Positions 42,400 to 51,343 of a DNA stretch of 64,000 nucleotides are shown here, in pieces (position 1 is the first letter of the stretch; each line of letters opens with the position of its first letter). The stretch comes from an uncultured Gammaproteobacteria bacterium (GTDB lineage Bacteria; Pseudomonadota; Gammaproteobacteria; JABCZS01), in assembly GCA_963848305.1 (NCBI GenBank), contig CAWKDC010000001.1, positions 1,024,001 through 1,088,000 of the forward strand, written 5' to 3'. The position numbers were made by a program, and so were the translations under genes. A model generated the notes under the pieces. That model made no database searches, was not told where the DNA came from, and saw only the letters and a program-made list of their open reading frames with translations.

Positions 42400-42565
42400 G
42401 GGGGGAATGGGGTATGATTCCCCTCTAAGCCCTGAAGGAGCGTGAGAAAAATAAATAATAACAATCAAATCAAGCTATTAAAAACATCCTATTGTCACCA
42501 TTTATTATCTATTGATAGGAAAAGTTATCTGTGGGTGTCCCGCCAGTGTCCTACGGCACAGTCTA

Positions 42566-42595
42566 TTGCCATTCTCTCCCATTTTCGACTATAAT
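42566..42595 (+). promoter_or_regulatory. Sigma70 promoter for the Abi leader and gene
   Basis: TTGCCA-N18-TATAAT. Confidence 0.7.
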
Positions 42596-42601
42596 CACCA
42601 G

Positions 42602-42652
42602 TAACACGGCCCGCTCCTCTGCACTGAAAGGTGTACGGGTGGGTTTTCTTTT
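42602..42652 (+). ncRNA. Putative abiF-type leader/antitoxin RNA
   Basis: GGCCCGCTC/GGGTGGGTT outer stem, TGCAC/GTGTA inner stem, then a U-tract, immediately upstream of an Abi_2 gene. Confidence 0.6.
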
Positions 42653-42670
42653 AGGAGTAGAAGCAAAGGG

Positions 42671-43645
42671 ATGTCCATTTACCTCAAACCCCACCTTTCA
42701 TTTCAAGACCAACTTAATCTACTGAAATCGCGCGGGCTCATCATCACTGATGAGACACTTGCTTTGGCTCACCTTAATCGCTTGGGTTACTATCGCTTGA
42801 GTGGATATTGGTACCCCTGTCGTCAGTTAATCCCAGCTTCTGACCCTAAACGAGGGCACGCTCGTCCTCAAAGATATGATGAATTTATGCCTCAAGCAAG
42901 ATTCCAAGACGCTGTGGCGTTATACGTTTTTGATAAAAAATTAAGACTACATGTCCTAGATGCTATCGAGCGTATAGAGGTAGCTGTCCGCGTGGACATT
43001 GCATACCTAATGGGTAAAAAAGATACATTTGCTTATACTAAACCTGAGTTACTACATGGCCATTTCACAAAAAAGGTTAACCCTAAAACAGGCAAAACCA
43101 AGCATGAAGAGTGGTTGTTGAAACATGAGTTTATGATCAGTCGCTCTAAAGAAGATTTTGTTGAACATTTTAAAAATAAGTATGAATTACCTTTACCGAT
43201 ATGGGTTGCAATCGAATTATGGGATTTTGGTCTTTTATCGATGTTTTATCACGGTATGACCGTTGCAGATAAAACAACGATCGCCAAAAAATATAACGTG
43301 GCTGATTGGCAAGTCATGGAAAGCTGGCTGCGTTGCATAAACTACGCAAGAAATGTTGCCGCACACCATAATAGATTATGGAACCGGAATTTAATTGATC
43401 AACCTAAGATCCCAAAAAAAGGAAAGATGCCTGCGTTCGATTCATTCATTGGGCACACTGAAGCCACATCACGGATATACATCCTTTTGTGTATCTTGGC
43501 ACATTTTATGCAGCAAATTTGTCCTCGTTCTTCCTGGGCAACGAGAGTGAAGACTTTGATCGCCTCTTTCCCAAATACGGAATATTTTGATATTGTACAC
43601 ATGGGCTTTCCACCAGATTGGATGGATCATTCATTTTGGAAGTAG
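42671..43645 (+). CDS. Abi_2 (AbiD/AbiF-like) HEPN abortive-infection protein
   Basis: QLNLLKSRGL, GYYRLSGY, LYVFDKKLR, IERIEV, PIWVAIELWDFG, RNVAAH (Rx4H). Confidence 0.92.
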   Translation: MSIYLKPHLSFQDQLNLLKSRGLIITDETLALAHLNRLGYYRLSGYWYPCRQLIPASDPKRGHARPQRYDEFMPQARFQDAVALYVFDKKLRLHVLDAIERIEVAVRVDIAYLMGKKDTFAYTKPELLHGHFTKKVNPKTGKTKHEEWLLKHEFMISRSKEDFVEHFKNKYELPLPIWVAIELWDFGLLSMFYHGMTVADKTTIAKKYNVADWQVMESWLRCINYARNVAAHHNRLWNRNLIDQPKIPKKGKMPAFDSFIGHTEATSRIYILLCILAHFMQQICPRSSWATRVKTLIASFPNTEYFDIVHMGFPPDWMDHSFWK

Positions 43646-43961
43646 TCATTTCTATCCGGTATGCTCCGCCTATCTCTAAATCACCAGTGTCAATTTTTTC
43701 ATGTATCCGAACATCATAGTACACACTGTCCAAAGCCCTCCCCCCAACGACCTCAAATCAAGCCTACCTACCATTGAATTAAAGCTACAAAAGCCTAACT
43801 CCATGGGAGGCATATAACGCTGTGAATGAAATATAACCACACTTAATTTAATTCGAATAGCCAGGGCTCTTAAAGTAGAGGTTGGCGATCTGTTGGAAAC
43901 AATATTTTAGGGTATACTTGCGATCATTTAGTGACGTATTTTGCTGTTGATAGTGGGTTAT

Positions 43962-44900
43962 ATGAAATATAAGCTAGATTTGTATAAATATAAGCCTGCC
44001 TTGGGGAAAACCCTCGGTGGTCACACGAAAGGACGCCAACACTTAGATGCTTTTTTAAAGCAAAAACTTTGGATGACCCCATTATACAAACTGAACGATC
44101 CTTTTGAAGGGTGTTTTCATATGTCAATTCCAAAACGAGTAACTTTGATTAAGTATCCTGCTCTTCTTCGTGAACTTCTAATTAAAACTGGTCATAGAGG
44201 AATTGATGAGCTTAACAATGAGGAGATGATCAAAAAAATTCCAGGCCTACGTAAAAAGATAAAATTAGATGGAAGTCATCAAATGAATAACAAATTCGAC
44301 AATTTTGGTGCTTTTTCATTTGCTCACTCTTACTCAAATATTCCTATGTGGTCACATTATTCGAACGATCATCAAGGATATTGTGTGGTTTTTGAAGCTG
44401 AGCTCGACTATCCTTTTGAGCAGATGAAGCTCACTGAAGCACAAAAAGATAAATATAATAAACTCTTCCTAAATGGAGACGAGATCATTCAATTCAAATC
44501 GAACGATGGAGATTTCGTTTTTGCCTTCGCGAAGATAAAATATAGGAAAACAGTACCCATAATTAATTTCGAAGAAAATCTAAAATTGAGAAATGGGGAT
44601 GATTACGTAAAAATGCGTTTTGCTCTTGAAAACGCTTTTGGCGTCAAATCACGTCAGTGGTCTAATGAAAATGAATACAGGCTTATTGTTAATGCAAACA
44701 GTGAAAAGCATGCCGATAATAAATCCATAGATATGAAGTTATACATTCCTTTCCTGCAGGTGACCGGTATTATTCTTGGTGAACAAATGATTGAAGATGA
44801 TAAAGAGATCATTACGAAAGCATGTCGAGATCAAGGGGTCAGAGTTTATCAAGCTAAGCACTCAGCTCAATTATACGCTGTCGAGTTAGACCCTATTTAA
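43962..44900 (+). CDS. DUF2971-family protein
   Basis: LYKY, LNDPFE, MWSHYS..HQGYC, KSRQWSNENEYR; AT-rich. Confidence 0.8.
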   Translation: MKYKLDLYKYKPALGKTLGGHTKGRQHLDAFLKQKLWMTPLYKLNDPFEGCFHMSIPKRVTLIKYPALLRELLIKTGHRGIDELNNEEMIKKIPGLRKKIKLDGSHQMNNKFDNFGAFSFAHSYSNIPMWSHYSNDHQGYCVVFEAELDYPFEQMKLTEAQKDKYNKLFLNGDEIIQFKSNDGDFVFAFAKIKYRKTVPIINFEENLKLRNGDDYVKMRFALENAFGVKSRQWSNENEYRLIVNANSEKHADNKSIDMKLYIPFLQVTGIILGEQMIEDDKEIITKACRDQGVRVYQAKHSAQLYAVELDPI

Positions 44901-45048
44901 ACACTTGGTAACATGCGCTCTATTATCGAGTGCCCGATAAAAAACATCAACGCTTTCCCATCTTTCATACTATTGCCCTACTAAATAACCAGAGCGTTTC
45001 TACAAGCTATCTTATTGCGCTTTATCTATTTGATTTAAATTAACCTTT

Positions 45049-45304
45049 TTGCTGGCCCACTAGGACTTGAACCTAGCGACCAAAGGGTGGTGAGATCAAA
45101 AAATAACGATTCTTGCAAATTCTACATCACTTCTATTATAGATGAACTGGAGGTCACTTGCGGCACAAGCTGTATCGCAAATGATGAATACACATAGGCG
45201 GGTCTAACGCCCCTTTAAAAAGGTTTTGTTACATAAAAATCGAATATTCTTCAGCCTCGTCAGAGGCGTTAGATGCAGAGCCCCATATGCAGGCGGCGGA
45301 ATGG
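45049..45304 (+). repeat. Cassette arm copy B: tRNA-Ile 3' fragment (att) plus conserved segment
   Basis: Direct repeat of 42136-42399 with a few substitutions and a 9-bp deletion. Confidence 0.95.
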
Positions 45305-45394
45305 AGGTATTCGGTATGATTTCTCAGCAAACCATCAAAAATGGCTGGTCGGAGGCAGTTTTGGGCATGCAAATTGAAACCCGTCTTTATGGAC

Positions 45395-46108
45395 TTAAGG
45401 CTCATCAGGTAAGTCGTTATCGATTTTCTCAGCATAGGCAACAAGATCCTGAGTAATCTGCGGATCAAATGGCTTCCTGTTAGCACATTCAAGCTGCTTC
45501 TCGTATCTTTTTCCCGTCCATGATGTACTGTAAACAAATCCCGAGGCATCACTTCCTTCTGCCCCCCTTGTAGTAGGTTTCCCGTTTATATCATAGGTAG
45601 TATAACTTGGATCATAAATAGATTGTGCATTATATGAGGGCATATCAAACACAACCAATCGACACGTCCCGAAATGGTCATCTAAGAAGTAGGCTGTTAC
45701 ACCAGTCCAATATCCATCATCAAGACCACCACTCGGCACAAAACCCAATAAATGTTCACTATCCACAGATGATATACCTTTGAAAGGGAATGTCATTTGA
45801 AACTCAGAAGGGCTCATCCTTAAGTGTCTAAAATAAGGATCACTGTCTTTTTCTGTGAGTGCAGTAGCCTTTTTGCTCTTTAATGTCAGCAACGTTGCCG
45901 CATTTTCGGAGTAAGTATGATAATACCCATTATTCTTAATTTGACGCCTTATCTCTTCACCTTCCTCTATTTGGCTATATGTTTGTTCTTCCATTATTGT
46001 TGGCTGGTCAGTTGAGCGCACGACGTAGCTTTCATAAGCCATAGAACTTAACGAACATATTGCAGATAACGTCAATGTTAAAAATTGAATTGAATATGCT
46101 TTTGTCAT
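45395..46108 (-). CDS. Secreted hypothetical protein
   Basis: Signal-like N-terminus; WTGVTAYF, INGKPT, LECAN. Confidence 0.7.
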   Translation of the reverse strand: MTKAYSIQFLTLTLSAICSLSSMAYESYVVRSTDQPTIMEEQTYSQIEEGEEIRRQIKNNGYYHTYSENAATLLTLKSKKATALTEKDSDPYFRHLRMSPSEFQMTFPFKGISSVDSEHLLGFVPSGGLDDGYWTGVTAYFLDDHFGTCRLVVFDMPSYNAQSIYDPSYTTYDINGKPTTRGAEGSDASGFVYSTSWTGKRYEKQLECANRKPFDPQITQDLVAYAEKIDNDLPDEP

Positions 46109-46119
46109 CAAAAACTCCT

Positions 46120-46494
46120 CTAAGGTTCCCAGTCCCACCAACCATCATACATACTACAATCCGTAGAGTAACTATTACGAACCCAAATTATTTTATTTGA
46201 ACTGTCCTCAAATAAATAATGTTCTCCACGAACAGTCCACCCTCCCGTACCTTCACCCCAATGGACTGCTGCTGAGCGATGCGTGTTTGCTATTCCTGAT
46301 CCAAACTTATGCGATGCTCCAGTTTTAGAAGTATGAGTACTATTAGTTCCCAGACGATGAGGCTTTAAAGCATCCCAAGAAATCGACTCATTATTACCAC
46401 AATTAGCGCGGCTATGGGTAGTCAACCCATTAAACCCGGCTTGCAATACGCTGGAGAAAATAAGGAAAGAAATGAAGATGATTGTTTTTTTCAT
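46120..46494 (-). CDS. Small secreted hypothetical protein
   Basis: Signal peptide ending LQA; HSRANCGNNESISWD...CSMYDGWWD. Confidence 0.75.
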   Translation of the reverse strand: MKKTIIFISFLIFSSVLQAGFNGLTTHSRANCGNNESISWDALKPHRLGTNSTHTSKTGASHKFGSGIANTHRSAAVHWGEGTGGWTVRGEHYLFEDSSNKIIWVRNSYSTDCSMYDGWWDWEP

Positions 46495-46586
46495 ATGTTC
46501 CGGTACTCAAAGCGACAACATCCCATCAACTCTTCTACATGGAAAACTGATTTTCCAGAATAAGCAAAAAATATCAATTAAATCAA

Positions 46587-46660
46587 TGGGCCCACTAGGA
46601 CTTGAACCTAGGACCAAAGGATTATGAGTCCTCTGCTCTAACCAACTGAGCTATGAGCCC
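46587..46660 (-). tRNA. tRNA with CAT anticodon, most likely tRNA-Ile2 (lysidine); CCA not encoded
   Basis: GGGCTCATAGCTCAGTTGGTTAGAGCAGAGGACT-CAT-AATCCTTTGGTCCTAGGTTCAAGTCCTAGTGGGCCCA cloverleaf; downstream of rpoD like ileX. Confidence 0.93.
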
Positions 46661-46773
46661 GAAGCGGGCATTGTAGCATAGACAAAACGATATTGACACT
46701 CAAAAAAGCACAATGTAAGCTGACTAAAGTTTAATGAAAGAAGATTGCATTCACCCCTACAATTTTGGCTCCA

Positions 46774-47598
46774 TTATTCCATGGGGCTCTTCACTTTCAC
46801 CTTAGTTTGAGAAGCCTTTGTTGGACTCGCATATGTCCCGCCTTTTTTACTGTTATATGAGTGTGTCATTTTTTCCTTCACAGGGGTACCAGGTTTCGAA
46901 GAGGTGGATTCGAAAGCCGGACTGTAATGCTCGGTACGTTTTTGCCCATCGCGGACAAGTTTCAAATGTCGCGTCGCATTTTCATTGATCCTGATTTCCG
47001 TTGGAGATTGACTATCATCAACAAAATCTAAAATCACAAGTTCAACGTTTAACATCTTTGCCAATGCATCAATCACTGGTCCTTCAGCCCACTCCTTATC
47101 CTTTTGCATTTTTGCGCAAAAATCATCCAACGTACCCAGTTCTTCATCTGGGCCAAAGCCAACATGGAGCGATTTATCTTTCCTCAAGTAATCAACAGCC
47201 TCGCTTCTCAACTGTGCTGCCGTTTTCTTGGGGAAACGATAATGTTCTAAAAGCATGCTGACAGAAGAAAAGAAACAATTACCATCGCCGGGAACTTCTC
47301 CCTTGATATAACCTTGCTCCGGATGACTACTCTCCTCACTTGTATTGACCCTGGCTTTAACTGTTTTTAACTCATGAACAGTAAAATACAATTTTTCAAA
47401 ATGTTCCAAGAGATCTAATGCTTCTGCTAAATGCACATCGACTGATGCAATTGAACAGATTTTCTTATTTCTCCATGTTATTTCTTCTACGGATTTCAAA
47501 GTTGCATCTTTAAAAATCTCAAGATGCGTTTTTAATCGAACGTGTTCTCTCTCAATCAGATTGTGTAATGTGATGACACATGGAGTAGATTTTTTCAA
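46774..47598 (-). CDS. OTU-family cysteine protease/deubiquitinase domain (probably the C-terminus of a larger gene)
   Basis: VPGDGNCFFSSV, LRSEAVDYL, WAEGPVIDALA, EHYSP. Confidence 0.85.
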   Translation of the reverse strand: MKKSTPCVITLHNLIEREHVRLKTHLEIFKDATLKSVEEITWRNKKICSIASVDVHLAEALDLLEHFEKLYFTVHELKTVKARVNTSEESSHPEQGYIKGEVPGDGNCFFSSVSMLLEHYRFPKKTAAQLRSEAVDYLRKDKSLHVGFGPDEELGTLDDFCAKMQKDKEWAEGPVIDALAKMLNVELVILDFVDDSQSPTEIRINENATRHLKLVRDGQKRTEHYSPAFESTSSKPGTPVKEKMTHSYNSKKGGTYASPTKASQTKVKVKSPME

Positions 47599-47599
47599 T

Positions 47600-49399
47600 T
47601 CAGCGATGACCTTGGATTTGGTCCGAAAAAGCCTCTTTGTAGTAAATTTTTAGCTCGGGGTACATGGGCAACAGCCATTCTATAAAGAATCTCAATAATG
47701 TTGCATGATCATCCAATGCATCTAATTTTTTGACCAATGCAAGATCTGCTTCAACAACGTCCAATGCTCCGTTAGCATGAGCTTCATAAGCTCTTTTCAT
47801 CAAATCTCGATCAGGGAGTTTCTGTTTATCAGCAGCTGCAGCTTTAGATAATTTCGCGGCGGATCGACTCAATAAAGCTTTGGCATAATTTGTGGCAAGC
47901 GTTCGTTCACCAGGTGACGCCATGGCAGTCGTTACATCTCGCAAATTATTCATGAGTGTGAGCCAGTTATTTTGGTGTGCATTTATGTTTTGCTTGATGG
48001 TTGTAGCAAATCCAAAATCGTAATTTCCCCCAGCGTTTTGATCATCTTTAACACGATTTACCTCATTCTCCATATCCGTATGAATACCCTTAACGGCATC
48101 TTCACAACCACTGAGACTATCACCTATAGCAGGTTGATCAAGATAAGGTCTGAGCATTTCTCGCCCAATCGTTCTCATATGATGGGCATCATGAAAGCGA
48201 ATTTCAGAAGCGCGTAGATTATGCACAAACAAACCAGCGAAAATGTGATAACCAGGATTAGGAAACTGTGCTGCGAGTGAATCAGGCAATGCGTGCGACG
48301 CATGAAATCGATTTGTTGTATTATCTGGGCCTGCAAGCCCACTGATATAATCAGCCAAGACAAGACTTAATACATTTAATCCAGTTGCATGTGCCTGAGT
48401 GGCATTTGCATCTTCTGAGTGAGCTTCTGATTCAGCAGAAGAAGGCCATTGTTTTACATAAAGCGCGACAACAACATCTCGCAATGCGGATTCGTAGTTC
48501 TCAAACAATTTTTCCCAAAATACTTTATTGGTCTGGCATTGCAAGATAAAGTCTTTAAGTTCATTGCCTTTTGTTTGAATTAAATTTAACTGCTCATGTT
48601 GCAATTTTCTAGCGGGGACGTGAGATACGGCATGGCCATATAAAAACGTATGATTATTCATCACAAAGTTAATCAGACCTTTCGACCCTGTAGCCCATAC
48701 AAACGGATTGACATATCGCTTCTTATTTATTTTAGGATCCAAAAAACGCGAATAGGCAGCTATTGAATTGATGCTGGTTTCATATCCATAGCTACCATCT
48801 TCCCGATGCGCAGTTCTCAAAATGGTTGCAAGCATATTTGCTTCATTTTTTTCTGTTAAAGTATTTGAGCCTGCTAATGTATCGCTTGATGCATCCACCG
48901 TTAAAACTGCATAAAACCGTTGATAATATTCAATCAATTTTCTGCGAGCAGCATCATCATTTGGATTTAACTGTTGTCCTAGTTCTTGCTCAGAGTACAG
49001 ATGACTGAACAACAATAAATGTTTAAATTCTTGTGTATATGTATCAGTGAACAATGTTTCATGTCGTCGCGCGATTTCTTCTAGCCCTGTTTGGATAGCA
49101 TTTAATTTATCATATATCGCTGCGAAACCTTTATTGATGTCATTTTTTAATTCATGAATTGCTTCACTGAGTAGTTTATGACTTTCCATAATCAGCGAAC
49201 GCAACTCTTCAACTTTTACGTCGAGATGCGCAGCAAGACCTTCGATATATTTTTCAATCCGATCAAATCGTTTGTCCATATGGAAAGTTAATCTTTCCAA
49301 TTGTCGCAATATAATTTCATCAGGAGTAGCTCTGCCGCCCTTTGCATAAGGCAGCAATGCCCATAACGAGTGTGGCCATAGCACCAGCGAGCGCGACAT
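47600..49399 (-). CDS. Coiled-coil/helical hypothetical protein (probably the middle of a larger gene)
   Basis: Heptad-rich segment after TPDEIIL; implausible start; abuts both neighbours. Confidence 0.6.
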   Translation of the reverse strand: MSRSLVLWPHSLWALLPYAKGGRATPDEIILRQLERLTFHMDKRFDRIEKYIEGLAAHLDVKVEELRSLIMESHKLLSEAIHELKNDINKGFAAIYDKLNAIQTGLEEIARRHETLFTDTYTQEFKHLLLFSHLYSEQELGQQLNPNDDAARRKLIEYYQRFYAVLTVDASSDTLAGSNTLTEKNEANMLATILRTAHREDGSYGYETSINSIAAYSRFLDPKINKKRYVNPFVWATGSKGLINFVMNNHTFLYGHAVSHVPARKLQHEQLNLIQTKGNELKDFILQCQTNKVFWEKLFENYESALRDVVVALYVKQWPSSAESEAHSEDANATQAHATGLNVLSLVLADYISGLAGPDNTTNRFHASHALPDSLAAQFPNPGYHIFAGLFVHNLRASEIRFHDAHHMRTIGREMLRPYLDQPAIGDSLSGCEDAVKGIHTDMENEVNRVKDDQNAGGNYDFGFATTIKQNINAHQNNWLTLMNNLRDVTTAMASPGERTLATNYAKALLSRSAAKLSKAAAADKQKLPDRDLMKRAYEAHANGALDVVEADLALVKKLDALDDHATLLRFFIEWLLPMYPELKIYYKEAFSDQIQGHR

Positions 49400-50966
49400 A
49401 AGGTGCGGCAGGCCCAGAGACCGCTACAATTGTGCCCCAGGTACATAAAGTGGCCGCAATACTTAATGCAGGCACAGCGATACTTGTGATGATCGCACCC
49501 ACATCTGATTTACCACATGCAGTGCATAAGACACCAATAAACTGCGCAGCTGATTGCGCAACCATAAGCGTTCTTCCTAGGGATAAATTTTCTTTTCTTA
49601 ATGATGACTGATCATCTGAATGATTGTATTCCGATAAGCTAGGTTTTTTTGATAAACCATCACCATCAATGACAATGTTTTCAGCGCCAGCAGAAGCAAC
49701 CCCATTAAATACCTTGCTCCATGTTTGAGGCGCGTCATCTTCCTTCATCATCGTTGAAATAGGTGAAAAGCTTTCTGAGGCATATTCGAGCTGTTGATCA
49801 AGCAGTGACACCTTGTTTGGTACTTCTTGAAATATTTTTCCTGTACCATAATTGAAGGCTGATAAGGGTTGTGACGTATCCCCGATACCCGTTTTGCTGA
49901 ATATGCTATTTAAATCATTCATGCTATCTGCGGCTGTTTGATAACACGCAGCGGCATTCAAGAATGGTTCTGCAAGTTCTGACAACTTAGCGTCATCAAA
50001 CCCCAAAGAACCCGAAGACAATCCGACGCAATGGGCAATGTTGACATGATCTTTGGCAAGGTCAGATAGTAAGCATGCGCCATGCTTTGTAAATTCTTGT
50101 AGATTATCGAGATTAATTTGTGATTTCGGCGCCTTCAACTCTGCCATACCTATACTCATCATATTCGATAAATGTGTCAGTGGCGATTTTCCATCAATGC
50201 CGATTTTCAACGCTTCATTTTTAAGTTGATCCCCCAGCGGCCCATTCACAGCATTCGCCATTGAAAATGCTTTATCGCGCATCATTTGCAAATAATCCAT
50301 TTTGTCACTGCTTAACAAATGAAGTGACCCAAGCACTTGAGGAAAAACCATTGGGTCTTCAAATTCATATGGTTGGGGATGTGGAATTTTATATTTTTTA
50401 TAAAATGATTCTGGGAAGTCACCTTTTTTCAAACAATCTTGAATTTCAGTGTAACGAACATGTATACCTGTATATTTTATATGATCTCTTTTTTCAGCAT
50501 GAGATGCTTTTCCCTGTAGAAAATTGTCATCCCACTGATCTTTTTTAATAAAACCGGCGACTTCTTTCATCGACACAGGGCTGTTAGCTGCCAAAGAGAT
50601 CGCTGCTGCCTGCCTTGCAGGCGACATTTTTGTAAATCGATCTCCGCCTAATTGTGTCGCTGCAATGATTGCCGCTTCATGAATAACATAATTTTCGAGA
50701 CGTTGTGCTTGAGCAGGCGTGAGTGTTTCACTCGATGTTTTGAGCGCTTGAACCTTATGAGGAATGCCACACGCTTTCAATACTCGAGCGGCATCCTTTC
50801 TATCTAAATTAAAACCGGTGGAAATGGTAGGATGTTTATCACCAGGATTATAAGCTTTTAACTTTCTTCCTTCATGTGCACGCAGAACAGATTTCACGAA
50901 ATCAAAATCTTTAATCAGTACAGGCCCTTGATATTGATAGTGTGTGTGAAATTTTCCATGCGGCAT
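49320..50966 (-). CDS. Protein with an N-terminal GH24/T4-lysozyme-like domain and C-terminal TM helices
   Basis: HEGRKLKAY...PTISTGFNL...RQAAAISLAAN; RBS GAGGAGGGG; hydrophobic helices at the end. Confidence 0.7.
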   Translation of the reverse strand: MPHGKFHTHYQYQGPVLIKDFDFVKSVLRAHEGRKLKAYNPGDKHPTISTGFNLDRKDAARVLKACGIPHKVQALKTSSETLTPAQAQRLENYVIHEAAIIAATQLGGDRFTKMSPARQAAAISLAANSPVSMKEVAGFIKKDQWDDNFLQGKASHAEKRDHIKYTGIHVRYTEIQDCLKKGDFPESFYKKYKIPHPQPYEFEDPMVFPQVLGSLHLLSSDKMDYLQMMRDKAFSMANAVNGPLGDQLKNEALKIGIDGKSPLTHLSNMMSIGMAELKAPKSQINLDNLQEFTKHGACLLSDLAKDHVNIAHCVGLSSGSLGFDDAKLSELAEPFLNAAACYQTAADSMNDLNSIFSKTGIGDTSQPLSAFNYGTGKIFQEVPNKVSLLDQQLEYASESFSPISTMMKEDDAPQTWSKVFNGVASAGAENIVIDGDGLSKKPSLSEYNHSDDQSSLRKENLSLGRTLMVAQSAAQFIGVLCTACGKSDVGAIITSIAVPALSIAATLCTWGTIVAVSGPAAPYVALAGAMATLVMGIAALCKGRQSYS

Positions 50967-51079
50967 ATCTATTCCCCCTCCTCGATGATATTCGCCGAGA
51001 ACTCTATCACAGTTTGAAAATGAATGTCACGTGTTGAAAGTGAAGCACCCATTGTTCAATATCTGAGGACGCATAGCAG

Positions 51080-51106
51080 TTTATCCCCGCGAAAGCGGGA
51101 ACGCCC
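51080..51106. repeat. Degenerate REP-like hairpin
   Basis: CCCGC-GAAA-GCGGG, resembling GTCATCCCCGCGAAAGCGGGGATC-type REPs. Confidence 0.45.
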
Positions 51107-51234
51107 CTACACAAGCGTGGCCATATTTTTATCACGCGGGCGAGAACGATATGCCATCGCGCCGCTACCGATCGTCAGCAGGGAATAGGTGAATGCCATG
51201 GTTAGTGTTTTACCGAGATCTTGATTCTCACCAT

Positions 51235-51343
51235 GATGGGTGTCACCCATCCAAGCGTTTTCCGGGATGACAGCTGGATGGGTGGAACCCATCCAAGCAT
51301 TTTCCCAGATCACAGCTGGATGGGTGGCGCCCATCCAAGCATT
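51235..51343. repeat. Three tandem 42-bp hairpin units directly after the rpoD stop
   Basis: GATGGG-N5-CCCATCCAAGC at 51235, 51277 and 51319; the first linker carries GCGTTTTCCGGGATGAC. Confidence 0.88.

Larger units (their letters stand above)
42136..46620. mobile_element. Tandem tRNA-anchored mini-islands with no integrase gene
   Basis: Three copies of the tRNA 3' end delimit two cargo modules. Confidence 0.75.

Noticed and set aside
42140-45086. Additional tRNA genes
   Set aside because: Only the ~33-bp 3' portion is present, with no D-arm or anticodon loop.
46587-46660. tRNA-Met or tRNA-fMet
   Set aside because: No C1:A72 mismatch or GGG/CCC anticodon stem; sequence and position fit Ile2, though elongator Met is not formally excluded.
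51235-51343. Mini-CRISPR or repeat-protein ORFs (51107..51442, 51240..51623)
   Set aside because: Only three units with homologous linkers; the 42-bp period keeps frames open by chance, and the ORFs overlap rpoD.
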